32,000 nt of DNA from Formosa sp. Hel1_33_131 (GCF_001735745.1 NZ_CP017260.1:1530001-1562000); one strand, 5' to 3'; shown: positions 1 to 9,515, counted from the stretch's first letter. Notes: generated by a model from the letters alone, not told the origin. Program-made: numbers and translations.

Positions 1-165
1 CATAGAACGCACTTGAAAGCGTGGTGCAAATTTCACACTAAATGTGCTGTCTTTTGCTACGAAATTGATCAGCCCTTTTCCAAAGGTAGTATCACTGATT
101 TCTTGAGATTGAACGGTTGTAATTGCAATAAGAACGATTGCCACAGATAGAATTCTGAATTTCAT
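1..165 (-). CDS. N-terminal fragment (55 codons, continues off the left edge) of a secreted outer-membrane porin-like protein, possibly phosphate-selective porin O/P family
   Basis: A reverse-strand ATG at 165-163 opens MKFRILSVAIVLIAITTVQSQEISDTTFGKGLINFVAKDSTFSVKFAPRFQVRSM. This is a hydrophobic signal peptide followed by an alternating beta-strand-like pattern. It is absent from the ORF track because the window edge truncates it. The family call rests on remembered similarity to Flavobacteriia porin N-termini only. Confidence 0.5.
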   Translation of the reverse strand, partial: MKFRILSVAIVLIAITTVQSQEISDTTFGKGLINFVAKDSTFSVKFAPRFQVRSM

Positions 166-242
166 TAGAGTATTAGTTTTTGTCGATGCAAATAACTTAA
201 ACTAATGTTATCTTAATGTTTCCTAAAGATTAAGATAGAATG

Positions 243-271
243 AAAAAAAGCTGCCTGGCCAAGGGCAGCTT
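243..271 (-). terminator. Intrinsic-terminator-like hairpin oriented on the minus strand, about 80 nt upstream of the porin start codon
   Basis: Read on the minus strand: AAGCTGCC (271-264), loop CTTGGCCA, GGCAGCTT (255-248), then a T-run (the plus-strand A-run at 243-249). On the plus strand the stem is followed by TATTAG, so it works only in the minus orientation. No ORF ends in front of it. Confidence 0.5.
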
Positions 272-652
272 ATTAGAAATCATCATTTTTGTAGTCGACA
301 AAAACTAATACATTACAATGATACTAATTGGTTGTCTAGACTCTGTAAATATTATAATTAATCATGAATCTAGTGTAAGGGAAACGTTAAGGAATCATTA
401 AACCTATGAAATGGATAGATGAATCGGTGGATTTAAAATCAAATTTTATAGGATTGTTGGGCTTCTTTATTTTTAATAGTTTACCATCAAGCTGTTGTAA
501 AAGAGGTTCTAAATGGTATCCTTACACTGGTGTTTTTGATTAAAGCGCGTCAATTCGTAAACCCTCATGTTAATTTAATGTAAACAAATTGTTGATTTTG
601 TGTAAATTTTTGTATATTTATAATCTAATTTAGAACTTCAATACACTTTATT

Positions 653-1012
653 ATGAAAAAATATATACTTATAGGACTTGTTTTTATTGGAACATTGGCT
701 TATGCTCAAAACACAAACCAACCAAAACTAGAAGCCAAAGGCGATGTGACATTAGCGACCTATTTTTATGAAAACGGCGCCATTCAACAAGAAGGAACCT
801 TTGATAAAAAGGGTAAACTAGAAGGCCTTTGGACCAGTTATGATTTTAAAGGGAATAAATTATCTCAAGGTAATTATAGTAATGGAATTAAAACAGGGAA
901 ATGGTTTTTCTGGACTGAAAATTCTTTAAAAGGGGTCGATTTTGTAAATTCAAAGATTATGAATGTCAATGAATGGAATCTTAAATCGGAACTTGCAGTA
1001 AGCATGAACTAA
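653..1012 (+). CDS. Small secreted protein with MORN-repeat-variant / YwqK-like repeats (119 aa)
   Basis: ORF track. Signal peptide MKKYILIGLVFIGTLAYAQ. Repeated G-x-W-x-x-Y / G-x-x-x-G-x-W pattern (GKLEGLWTSYDFKGNKLSQGNYSNGIKTGKWFFW). Followed by a terminator. Confidence 0.65.
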   Translation: MKKYILIGLVFIGTLAYAQNTNQPKLEAKGDVTLATYFYENGAIQQEGTFDKKGKLEGLWTSYDFKGNKLSQGNYSNGIKTGKWFFWTENSLKGVDFVNSKIMNVNEWNLKSELAVSMN

Positions 1013-1030
1013 AATCCCATTATATAAAAC

Positions 1031-1059
1031 AAAAAAAGCACCCACAGGGGTGCTTTTTT
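1031..1059. terminator. Bidirectional rho-independent terminator shared by the convergent genes 653..1012 and 1086..3920
   Basis: A7 (1031-1037), stem GCACCC (1038-1043), loop ACAG, GGGTGC (1048-1053), T6 (1054-1059). A-run and T-run flanks allow use in both directions. Confidence 0.75.
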
Positions 1060-1085
1060 GTGTTATAATCAAGTGACTAATTCAA

Positions 1086-3920
1086 TTAAAATTTATAAGA
1101 ATACCCTATAGATACTTCTGTGCCAGGTTGGAAGCTAGAAAAAGTTTTTGAAGCAGTCTTGTAAGATTCATAAACGCTTTCTCTTTTACTGTTAAGAATA
1201 TTAGAGACCTTTACATCGATAGTTGATTTTTTGTCTTGGCCAAAACTTTTGTTAAGCGTAAAGTTGAGGCTGCTAAACGGTTTTGTATATACATCTGGAA
1301 CAATTCCAGTTCCTACCACTTCCAATGTTTTGCCTTGGACATTAAAAAACAACCCAGTTTGAAGTCCTGTATCCGAGTTGGTATAGTTTAGCCCTGTATT
1401 AATAAGGAATGGGGATTGGCCTTGTAAATCTCTTGTGTCTTCAATAGACTCTCCATCTCTTGCCGCTAATACACGTCTGTTATATTCGTCTATGTTCATT
1501 GTTAATTCTGAATTAATATAGGATGCGTTGATGTTAAACTTAAGTTTATCTAAGCTTTCCAAAATAAATCCTAATGATTTTCTAAATTCAAACTCAATTC
1601 CATAAACCTTTGCAGAACCCAAGTTTTTAGGGGTTATTTGATCCGGAGCTGACTCGTAAAAAGTTAATTCTATCGGATCTGTGAAGTCTTTGTAAAAGGC
1701 ACTAAAAGCAAACATTTCACTGCCCTCTCCAAATTTTTCAAAACGGACATCAAAATTATTAATATAGGATGGCGTCAAATCAATATTTCCAATAAAAAGA
1801 CGGTTTGTAATGGCATCAAAAATTTGACTTTTTGAAGCTTCCTTAAATGAAGGACGTGCTGTTGTTCTTGAATAAGACCCCCTTAAGTTTTGTTCATCTG
1901 TAAGGCTGTAAATAATATTAGCAGACGGGAATACATCAAACGTATCTATTATTTTAGAATTTTTGTACACGTCTGTAGCTGCCTGGTTTTGCCCTGTATA
2001 AAAGGTCTGAAATAATTCTGTACGTATGCCCAACACTGTTTTTAGTTTTTCTGTTAAACTAAATTCATTTGACGCATACATTGCCGTGATTCGTTGCTCC
2101 CCTTCATAGGCATTAGCTTGTTCAAAAAGATCTCCTGTCACCAAATGTGTTCCAACGCCAGTTTCTGGTGTCCATAAGTTATTTTCAGTCAGTAAAGTAT
2201 CTGCATCTCCATTTTCTACGGAAAGACCTGTTAATGGATTTGTGACTGTAAACGTATAATCGTCTATTTTGAAATCTCTAAATTTATAGGTATAACCACC
2301 ACCAAATTTAACTTTTGCAGGGTTGTCAAAAAGCGTATATTTTTTATTGATATCTAGTTTCCCAACAAGGTTAATCTCTTCAAGAGTTCTCCAGATTCTT
2401 ATGGGATAGCTGGAGGCACTTGGACTGATAAAAGAGGTCCCTTCCTGAGTCAACTGTAAGGGTGTAATTCGGTGATCTTTGTCGTACACTCTGGATAGGG
2501 ATGGTGATAGTTTCCAGTCCATTTGCCACCCACTGTCTCTAAAGGAATGTGTTCCTGCTAATAAAATATTTGAAATTGATCTTTCGGTGTAAAGGAGAGC
2601 ATCCTTTGTAATTGGTTCAAAACCACTTCCACCCCCTGCTTGTGCGAGTTGCTGTTCATATTTTCCAGCGGTGCTTTCACCATTTTGTATATGAAGGAAG
2701 TTTAATTTGTATTTTGAATTTTCACGCTTGTATACAAGTCCAGTAAGCACATTTAACAATACCGAATTAACCCCAACTTCTCCCAAAGTCGTACGCGTTG
2801 CCAAGAGGTCATTGTTAGAGGCATTATTTTGATCTCTCATATAGGTTCCATCCACTCTATTATCATAGAACTCCGTTTTGTTCTTATAAGAAAAGGACAG
2901 TTGATACCCCAGTTTATTGTCTCCAACTTCATATTGATTTCCCGCTGTAAATCCAAAGTCGTAATTAACTCCACTTTCTGATCTTTTTGCTGTTAATTCT
3001 TTATTGAACGCTTCCGTAAGCGCTGTTAAAACAGACGAATTTGCAAATGTACCAGGAATGGGTTGATACCTGTTTATCGGTCTTTTTCTCATGCCATCAT
3101 CAAAGCCAAGCCAATCGGTATTACTCCCACTGTAGCTCAAGTAATTTGAGTTTAAATGCATATTAGGATTGTAGGATGTTCCTATTGAAAACGCATAGGA
3201 TTCTTTGCTTGGGTAATCTTTGGTAACAATATCAATAACACCCCCTGTGAAATCTGCAGGATATTCGGCTGCAGCAGATTTAATTACAATCACATTTTCT
3301 AAAATATTAGTAGGGAAGATATCCATTTGAATTGTGTTTCTGTCTGGATCTAAGCCTGGGATGTCCACACCATTTAATATGGATTTAGTATAACGATCTC
3401 CCAACCCTCTAACATACACATATTTGCCACCCTGAATTGAGACCCCAGGAACACTTTTAACAGCACTGGCGATATTACTCGCACCACTACTTTTAATACT
3501 CTGAGCCGAAAGTCCGTCTAATAATGTGATCGACTTTTTCTGTAAGTCTAATACTGCAGACTCTGTATTTTTTCTTATAGTAGTTGTTATAACAATGGCA
3601 TCTAATGAGTTTGTGTTAAGCGTTACATCTACAATCACCTCAGAATTTGGCGCAACGTTTACGTCAGATATTTCAATAGATTGATAGCCAATATAAGAGA
3701 AAATAATAGTGTAAATTCCTTCAGAAACTTCAAGTTGATACTTGCCATCAAAATCTGAAGTAGTTCCCGTTGTGGTGTTTTTGACGAGCACATTTGCAAA
3801 TGCCATAGGTTCATTATAATCACCGTCGGTAATTGATCCTACGATTTTTCCAGATTGAGCTGTGAGTTGAAGCGCAAGAAAAGTTGTGAGCAAAAATGAT
3901 GTTAGTTTGTGTATTTTCAT
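1086..3920 (-). CDS. TonB-dependent outer-membrane receptor with N-terminal carboxypeptidase-regulatory-like domain (944 aa)
   Basis: Signal peptide. CarboxypepD_reg-like segment (GKIVGSITDG..ANVLVKNTTTGTTSDFDGKYQLEVSEGIYTIIFSYIGYQS). Plug-domain motifs (VPGVSIQGGKYVYVRGLGDRYTKSILNGVDIPGLDPDRNTIQMDIFP). Long beta-barrel ending in the aromatic terminus GYSYKF. Confidence 0.9.
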   Translation of the reverse strand: MKIHKLTSFLLTTFLALQLTAQSGKIVGSITDGDYNEPMAFANVLVKNTTTGTTSDFDGKYQLEVSEGIYTIIFSYIGYQSIEISDVNVAPNSEVIVDVTLNTNSLDAIVITTTIRKNTESAVLDLQKKSITLLDGLSAQSIKSSGASNIASAVKSVPGVSIQGGKYVYVRGLGDRYTKSILNGVDIPGLDPDRNTIQMDIFPTNILENVIVIKSAAAEYPADFTGGVIDIVTKDYPSKESYAFSIGTSYNPNMHLNSNYLSYSGSNTDWLGFDDGMRKRPINRYQPIPGTFANSSVLTALTEAFNKELTAKRSESGVNYDFGFTAGNQYEVGDNKLGYQLSFSYKNKTEFYDNRVDGTYMRDQNNASNNDLLATRTTLGEVGVNSVLLNVLTGLVYKRENSKYKLNFLHIQNGESTAGKYEQQLAQAGGGSGFEPITKDALLYTERSISNILLAGTHSFRDSGWQMDWKLSPSLSRVYDKDHRITPLQLTQEGTSFISPSASSYPIRIWRTLEEINLVGKLDINKKYTLFDNPAKVKFGGGYTYKFRDFKIDDYTFTVTNPLTGLSVENGDADTLLTENNLWTPETGVGTHLVTGDLFEQANAYEGEQRITAMYASNEFSLTEKLKTVLGIRTELFQTFYTGQNQAATDVYKNSKIIDTFDVFPSANIIYSLTDEQNLRGSYSRTTARPSFKEASKSQIFDAITNRLFIGNIDLTPSYINNFDVRFEKFGEGSEMFAFSAFYKDFTDPIELTFYESAPDQITPKNLGSAKVYGIEFEFRKSLGFILESLDKLKFNINASYINSELTMNIDEYNRRVLAARDGESIEDTRDLQGQSPFLINTGLNYTNSDTGLQTGLFFNVQGKTLEVVGTGIVPDVYTKPFSSLNFTLNKSFGQDKKSTIDVKVSNILNSKRESVYESYKTASKTFSSFQPGTEVSIGYSYKF

Positions 3921-3997
3921 AGTGTGTGTTTAAACAACAAACAATTGCCCGTGAATGAACACAAGCAATTGTAAAGTTGACTAATTTTTATTTTTAA

Positions 3998-5248
3998 TTA
4001 GAATCCTAATTCTGCTTTAGTATTTGCATAAGTCCAACTGAGCAATGAGGTTGTAGCTCCAACAGTACCTGCACCTTGCGCCACAGCGGTAGCTGTAGAG
4101 CCAAATCCATTAACTTCAACTGAAGCAGCTTTATTTACAAATATGTCCGTAACCTCAGAAACACCAGCAGGCAATACAATTTCCCATGCTCCAAAAGTTA
4201 ATAATCCATCGTTATAGTTTGTAGCAACCCCATCGTTGTCTAATTCTACATCTGAAGAATCTTTAAAACCGTAAGCATAAATATTTTCTGTTCTTCCCAT
4301 AGCACCAGATCGATAATCTGCGTATTCACCATTTTCAGTGACAGAGTTCCCAACGATCGTTGCATTTTTTAATGTAAATGAACCTGTTGTAGTTCCTTCA
4401 GGACCATCTATCTCAAATGCATGATCAGAGTTAGCTCCCAATATAACAACCGCATTATCAATAGTTCCAGAATAAGCTTGGTCAATATCTAAAGCATCAT
4501 CGCCTTGCGCCCAAACCAATAGGTTAGAAGCATTTACCGTACCTCCAAAAAACTCAATACCATCATCAACATTTGCTACCACTTCGATATTTTCGATTAT
4601 AGTACCAGATCCAACGCCACCAAGCGTTAAGCCATTGATTTCATTTCCTTCTCCAATTAGAGCACCCCCATGACGAATGGAAATATATTGATAGACTCCT
4701 GAGTTATCAGAAGCATCAGTACCACCATAAAGACCGAAAGTGTCATCTGCAGGAATTCCCTCAATTTGTACGACCTCTACATCACCAGAAAACGAAGATG
4801 GAGCATAACCTAACACGATTAACCCTCCCCAAAGTCCAGAATTTGTTTCGTCTAAATTTGTTCCAGCAGTTTGTCCAATTTCAATATTATCATTTATGGA
4901 TGTGAAAATTATAGGTTCTGTTGCTGTACCTACAGCATTTAATTTCCCGCCTTGAGCAACAATAAGTGCAGACGCTAAAGAACCAGTTCCTTCAGTACCC
5001 TTAATTATAGTTCCAGCTTGTATTGTTAATACAACTCCGCTTGATACCACGACTTTTTGGTTAAGCACGTATATATTGTTACTTGTCCAAGTCGTGCTTT
5101 CAGAAATCATTCCAGAAACGGACACGATATTGTCTCCTGGATTGACTGGGTTATCAGGGTCTTGAAGAATTGGCGGAGCTTCATCGTTCATACATCCAGT
5201 AAACGCAAGTCCTATAATTGCTGATAAAGTAAAAATTGTTTTTTTCAT
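3998..5248 (-). CDS. Surface/periplasmic lipoprotein with predicted right-handed parallel beta-helix repeats (416 aa), first gene of an operon with the TonB-dependent receptor
   Basis: Lipoprotein signal MKKTIFTLSAIIGLAFTGC. Repeated G-T/N-x-I/V-x-N/G rungs (LTIQAGTIIKG, GGKLNAVGTATEPIIFTS, GSGTIIENIEVVANVDDGIEFFGGTVNASNLLVWAQGDDALDID). Same strand as the receptor gene, with 77 nt between them. No specific family recognised. Confidence 0.75.
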   Translation of the reverse strand: MKKTIFTLSAIIGLAFTGCMNDEAPPILQDPDNPVNPGDNIVSVSGMISESTTWTSNNIYVLNQKVVVSSGVVLTIQAGTIIKGTEGTGSLASALIVAQGGKLNAVGTATEPIIFTSINDNIEIGQTAGTNLDETNSGLWGGLIVLGYAPSSFSGDVEVVQIEGIPADDTFGLYGGTDASDNSGVYQYISIRHGGALIGEGNEINGLTLGGVGSGTIIENIEVVANVDDGIEFFGGTVNASNLLVWAQGDDALDIDQAYSGTIDNAVVILGANSDHAFEIDGPEGTTTGSFTLKNATIVGNSVTENGEYADYRSGAMGRTENIYAYGFKDSSDVELDNDGVATNYNDGLLTFGAWEIVLPAGVSEVTDIFVNKAASVEVNGFGSTATAVAQGAGTVGATTSLLSWTYANTKAELGF

Positions 5249-5433
5249 TTTAATTTTTATTAATATTTTAGTTAATTATTGTTAGCACAAATTAAAAGCT
5301 TAGAGCGCTTAATGAAGTTACATCACGTTTACATAACCATTAACAAAATGTTAGGATGTGATTCCTTATTCTGAATTTTAGAAACAATTAATTAACATTG
5401 AAATTACTATCTTGCAGGTCAATACCAGATAAC

Positions 5434-6774
5434 ATGAATTGGGAACAATTACTTTCTTTAAAGCGTCAAGGAGACACCAACAAACGACTTAGAAATGAGC
5501 AGGATGAAACCCGTTTAGGATTTGATGTTGACTACGATCGCATTATTTTTTCACCTGAATTTAGAAGTCTTCAAGATAAGACGCAAGTCGTGCCGCTTTC
5601 TTCAACAGACTTTGTGCATACACGACTCACACACAGTCTTGAAGTGAGTGTGGTGGCACGTTCTTTAGGGAGAAAAGCAGGGGTGAAAATTTTAGAAAAG
5701 CATCCCTATCTCAAAGAAGTGCATGGGTATAAAGCGAATGATTTTGGAGCCATTGTTGCTGCAGCGGCATTGGCACATGACATTGGGAATCCCCCTTTTG
5801 GTCATTCTGGTGAAAAATCCATTGGGCACTATTTTAAAAATGGACCAGGTCAAAAATTTAAAGACCAACTCAAGCCAAAAGAATATCAAGATTTATGTGA
5901 TTTTGAAGGAAATGCGAATGGATTCAAAGTCTTAACGCAAGACAAACAAGGAACAAAAGGAGGGCTAAGATTGAGCTACGCCACTTTGGGCGCCTTTACA
6001 AAGTATCCTAAAGAATCACTCCCTGTAAAGCCAAATGCACATATTGCTTCTAAAAAATACGGCTTTTTTCAAACTGAAAAAACCAGCTTTTTAGATGTTG
6101 CAACCGAGTTAGGCTTAAACACACTTAGCACTGAAAACGCACAATTTTCTAGACACCCATTGGCCTTTTTAGTCGAAGCAGCCGATGATATTTGTTATAC
6201 CATTATTGATTTTGAAGATGGGATTAATCTTGGATTAATTGAGGAAGATTATGCCCTCGAGTATTTGATTAATTTAGTAAGAGGCACCATCAATACCGAA
6301 AAATACAGCGCACTTCCTTCTACAAAAGAACGGGTAAGTTATTTAAGAGCTTTAGCAATTAGTACCCTGATTGAGGATGCGGTTCACATATTTATGGCGC
6401 ATGAAAAAGAGATTTTAGCAGGGAAATTTCATGTTTCTATACTTGATAAAAGCAAATACCAAGCACAAATAAATGACATCATAAAACTCAGTGTAGAGAA
6501 AATATACAATTCCGACGAAGTTATCGACAAAGAAATCTCAGGCTTTGAAATTTTAAATCAGCTTTTGGATCGATTTATTTTAGCAGTTAATAATAATTAT
6601 GAGAATGCGCCTACAGCTTATGACAAACTGTTGTTGAAACTTCTTCCAGACGAGATAGACGTTCATAATGACAGCCTTTACACAAGGATGCTAAATGTTT
6701 GCTATTTTGTATCCTTATTTTCCGATACAAAAGCGGTATTAACGTATAAAAAAATTAAGGGCTTGGCTTTTTAG
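5434..6774 (+). CDS. dgt: dGTPase-like deoxynucleoside triphosphate triphosphohydrolase (HD domain)
   Basis: HD-domain motifs (TRLTHSLEVSVVARSLG, LAHDIGNPPFGHSGE, AADDICY). I prefer the ATG at 5434 (MNWEQLLSLKR...) over the TTG at 5398 given in the ORF track. Confidence 0.85.
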   Translation: MNWEQLLSLKRQGDTNKRLRNEQDETRLGFDVDYDRIIFSPEFRSLQDKTQVVPLSSTDFVHTRLTHSLEVSVVARSLGRKAGVKILEKHPYLKEVHGYKANDFGAIVAAAALAHDIGNPPFGHSGEKSIGHYFKNGPGQKFKDQLKPKEYQDLCDFEGNANGFKVLTQDKQGTKGGLRLSYATLGAFTKYPKESLPVKPNAHIASKKYGFFQTEKTSFLDVATELGLNTLSTENAQFSRHPLAFLVEAADDICYTIIDFEDGINLGLIEEDYALEYLINLVRGTINTEKYSALPSTKERVSYLRALAISTLIEDAVHIFMAHEKEILAGKFHVSILDKSKYQAQINDIIKLSVEKIYNSDEVIDKEISGFEILNQLLDRFILAVNNNYENAPTAYDKLLLKLLPDEIDVHNDSLYTRMLNVCYFVSLFSDTKAVLTYKKIKGLAF

Positions 6775-6785
6775 TATCATTTTCT

Positions 6786-6793
6786 TATATTTG
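6786..6793 (+). promoter_or_regulatory. Bacteroidota -7 promoter box (TATATTTG) for the first propeller gene
   Basis: Exact match to TAnnTTTG, 36 nt upstream of the ATG at 6830. Confidence 0.45.
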
Positions 6794-6829
6794 TATAGCC
6801 AATTTTGCTTTTTAAGAAACCCAAATCTT

Positions 6830-9505
6830 ATGAAAAAGCACTACAAATTCCTATTACCCTTCGTTTTACTCTTGTCTATTTTTTGGTATTACAACCAAAA
6901 TGAGGGCATTGAAACATCAAACAAACCAATTTCACTGACCTCCGAAAATTCAGAAACTTTAAAGTCTAAAGTTAAGCCCAAAAACTCAAGGCAACTTTTT
7001 GCTCAAGACCGATTGTTGCATGAATTTAACATGCAAAAAAATCCACTTTCAGGAACCATTCCAATGGAAGAAAAACAGCGTGAGTTTGACAACACGCTTT
7101 CAATAAAACAAGAGGGGCGATCAAACAGAACCACTTCGAGTACTTATGTTTCTAGAGGCCCTTCAAATTTAGGAGGCAGAACAAGAGCCTTTGCGGTGGA
7201 TTTGACAGACGCAACTAGTAATACACTATTGTCTGGAGGTGTGAGTAGCGGTTTGTTTAGATCCACCAACGGCGGAACTAGTTGGACGAAAGTATCTGCT
7301 AATGATGAAATTCATAATGTCACTGCCTTGACTCAAGACCCTAGGGCTGGGTTTCAAAATAATTGGTACTACGGAACCGGGGAATGGACAGGAAATTCTG
7401 CCTCTTTAGGGGCAAGTTATAATGGGCGTGGTGTATGGCACTCTTCTGATAACGGTCTTACATGGGCACAATTAGCGGTAACCAGTTCTGTTTTTGAAAG
7501 TTATGATAGTGATTTTGACTTTATTAATGCTTTAGAAGTAAATCCTGTAAGTGGTCATTTATTTATAGCAACAGTAGGTAGTATTTACAGATACGATGGC
7601 ACTAATTTCACACGTGAACAACAATCTTCAGGTTGGACTGATGTTATTATTGCTACCACGGGCAGAGTTTATGCAAGTTTAGAAGGGTCTGGCGTATGGA
7701 CCTCCCCAACAGGGAATGGTTCTTGGACACGGATTGCACAAAATGGAACGCCTACAGCTTGGGCATCAACAGGTAGAATTGTCCTGGCAGAAGCCCCCTC
7801 CAATACCAATATTATTTATGCGCTCTACGAAAATGGAAATTCCAACGCTATTGAAGCAGACTTATGGAAATACGATTTAAGCACCACTACATGGACCAAT
7901 TATTCTGCCAAACTTCCAGACGAACCAGGAAATGATTCACCAGGTAATGATCCTTTTGCGATCCAAGGAGGCTATGATTTAGTGGTGTCGGTAAAACCAG
8001 ACAATGAAAACTTTGTAGTCATTGGAGGGACCAATGTTTATAAAATTGAAAACATTGTAAATGATGCCACTTTTGTAAGAATTGGGGGTTATGCCAACAA
8101 TAATGGGTATGCTCTTTATAGCGTTGGAGGTGTCAATCACCATTCAGACATTCATGCGTTAGAATTTGATCCTAACAACGATGATATACTTTATAGTGGC
8201 ACAGATGGGGGGGTTCATAAAACGGTTGACATTTCCGCTGCGACGATCCCATGGCAAAGCTTAAATAATGGTTATGTGACCTATCAATATTACCATGTAG
8301 CTTTAGACCCCCAATCAGGAAGTAATATAGTAATTGGTGGCGCACAAGACAACGGAACGACAAGAGGTGGTACGGACGCAGGTTTAGCTGACAATACGAC
8401 AATGCAATCCGTCTTTTCAGGAGATGGTGTTGCCGTCGCAATAGGAAGATTAAGCACTCTTACCAATTATCAATTATATGTTGGAGCTCAGCAGGGGATT
8501 TTCTACAGGGATAATAATGGATATACTGACATTGCTCCAGCGAATTCAAACAGTCAATTTGTGACTTATTTTTATTTAGATCCGGATAATAATAATAATC
8601 TTTATTATGCAGGAAATCAAACACTATACAAAACAAATAGCGCCACTACTGTTACACCAACAACTTGGACCAATGCTGGCACTCTAAATACAAACGAAAA
8701 TTTAAGAACCTTTGCAACAACAAGAGGTACTTACAGTGCAGCAAGTAGTTATATGTTAATTGGCGGTAATAATGGGAGTGTTTTTAGATTTGATGATCCA
8801 GCCAACACAGCAAGTTTAAGTGCAGCTGTGAACATCACACCGAGTACATCATCAAGCGGCTCTATTGTAAGTGGCTTGGCGATTCATCCAACGAATCCAG
8901 ACATTGTATTGGCGGTTTATGCAAACTACGGAATTAATAGTATTTTTCTAACTACGAATGCTACTGCGGCTAGTCCGACTTGGACTCTGGTAGAGAAAAA
9001 CTTACCTGCGCACTCTATTCGATCCGCAGCCATTACGACCGTGGGTACAGAAATTATATACTTTGTCGGAACGGCGAGAGGTCTTTATAGCAACTCAGAC
9101 CCAGTAAATAATAATTGGGATCTTGAAGGCGCTAATACCATCGGATTGGCAGTCGTCAGCAGCCTTGCATACAGACCTTCAGATAAAAAACTATTGATTG
9201 GTACACATGGAAATGGGATGTTTGAGACCACTGTTGAAGGGTCCTTATCCACAAAGAACTTCAATAAAAATACGGACTTGTATTCGTTTCCAACTCCTAC
9301 ACTAGATGTGTTGAACTTTAGAAGCTCTACCATCGATTTTAGTAAGGAGATTGCCTATGAGATTTACAGTCTTACTGGCAAGTCTGTTTTAAAAGGAACC
9401 TTAAACAATAAAAAAATAGATGTCAGTAGATTGAATTCAGGCATCCATTTCGTGAACCTCAGAGCTGCAAACACGAATCACACACTAAAATTCATTAAAA
9501 ACTAA
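6830..9505 (+). CDS. BNR/Asp-box repeat (sortilin/VPS10- or GH74-like) beta-propeller protein with T9SS C-terminal sorting domain, paralog 1 (891 aa from ATG 6830)
   Basis: Signal/anchor MKKHYKFLLPFVLLLSIF. Asp-box motifs S-x-(D/N)-x-G-x-(T/S)-W (STNGGTSWTKV, SSDNGLTWAQL). GGRTRA motif. The last ~76 aa (about 9275-9502) have a typical Por/T9SS CTD pattern (..FPTPTLDVLNF....YEIYSLTGKSVLKG...IDVSRLNSGIHFVNL....TLKFIKN). The TTG at 6791 in the ORF track is probably an upstream extension. Confidence 0.85.
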   Translation: MKKHYKFLLPFVLLLSIFWYYNQNEGIETSNKPISLTSENSETLKSKVKPKNSRQLFAQDRLLHEFNMQKNPLSGTIPMEEKQREFDNTLSIKQEGRSNRTTSSTYVSRGPSNLGGRTRAFAVDLTDATSNTLLSGGVSSGLFRSTNGGTSWTKVSANDEIHNVTALTQDPRAGFQNNWYYGTGEWTGNSASLGASYNGRGVWHSSDNGLTWAQLAVTSSVFESYDSDFDFINALEVNPVSGHLFIATVGSIYRYDGTNFTREQQSSGWTDVIIATTGRVYASLEGSGVWTSPTGNGSWTRIAQNGTPTAWASTGRIVLAEAPSNTNIIYALYENGNSNAIEADLWKYDLSTTTWTNYSAKLPDEPGNDSPGNDPFAIQGGYDLVVSVKPDNENFVVIGGTNVYKIENIVNDATFVRIGGYANNNGYALYSVGGVNHHSDIHALEFDPNNDDILYSGTDGGVHKTVDISAATIPWQSLNNGYVTYQYYHVALDPQSGSNIVIGGAQDNGTTRGGTDAGLADNTTMQSVFSGDGVAVAIGRLSTLTNYQLYVGAQQGIFYRDNNGYTDIAPANSNSQFVTYFYLDPDNNNNLYYAGNQTLYKTNSATTVTPTTWTNAGTLNTNENLRTFATTRGTYSAASSYMLIGGNNGSVFRFDDPANTASLSAAVNITPSTSSSGSIVSGLAIHPTNPDIVLAVYANYGINSIFLTTNATAASPTWTLVEKNLPAHSIRSAAITTVGTEIIYFVGTARGLYSNSDPVNNNWDLEGANTIGLAVVSSLAYRPSDKKLLIGTHGNGMFETTVEGSLSTKNFNKNTDLYSFPTPTLDVLNFRSSTIDFSKEIAYEIYSLTGKSVLKGTLNNKKIDVSRLNSGIHFVNLRAANTNHTLKFIKN

Positions 9506-9515
9506 ATATTTTTTT

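Noticed and set aside
240-308. 22-codon plus-strand ORF (MKKSCLAKGSLLEIIIFVVDKN) overlapping the hairpin
   Set aside because: Its sequence is dictated by the terminator stem. It has no promoter box and no other coding evidence, and it is too short to support.
372-528. Long-range 9-bp complementarity (AGTGTAAGG at 372-380 with CCTTACACT at 520-528), plus fragments that resemble cobalamin-riboswitch motifs (AAGGGAAAC, GAATCGGTGGATTT, CACTGG), suggesting a plus-strand riboswitch ahead of the 653 gene
   Set aside because: A single 9-bp match in about 500 nt of AT-rich sequence is roughly what chance predicts. The core B12-box (..GCCACTG.. / ..GACCTGCC..) and the GGTGAAAATCC-type element are absent. 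The downstream gene is not a typical B12-regulated gene. I kept only the weaker statement that the spacer may hold a structured RNA.
5318-5334. Direct repeat TTACAT-N5-TTACAT with 11-bp phasing (Pho-box-like) upstream of the lipoprotein/TonB-receptor operon
   Set aside because: Only two 6-mers in a 185-bp AT-rich region, so the chance expectation is not negligible. No known Bacteroidota regulator motif matches. Worth remembering only if the operon proves to be nutrient-regulated.
5398-5433. Upstream non-ATG extensions of ORF-track genes: TTG 5398 for dgt, TTG 6791 for propeller 1, TTG 15151 for dxs and 24099 for TetR
   Set aside because: The extensions encode unlikely N-termini, for example MKLLSCRSIPDN and MYSQFCFLRNPNL. 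They overlap predicted promoter boxes or bury the signal peptide or HTH. Internal ATG/GTG starts give canonical N-termini.
5434-6774. dGTPase as an anti-phage dNTP-depletion defence gene
   Set aside because: The gene sits among housekeeping and envelope genes, with no neighbouring defence, mobile or toxin genes. It has the standard length and motifs of the conserved Bacteroidota Dgt-like enzyme. Nothing in the sequence argues for a defence role.
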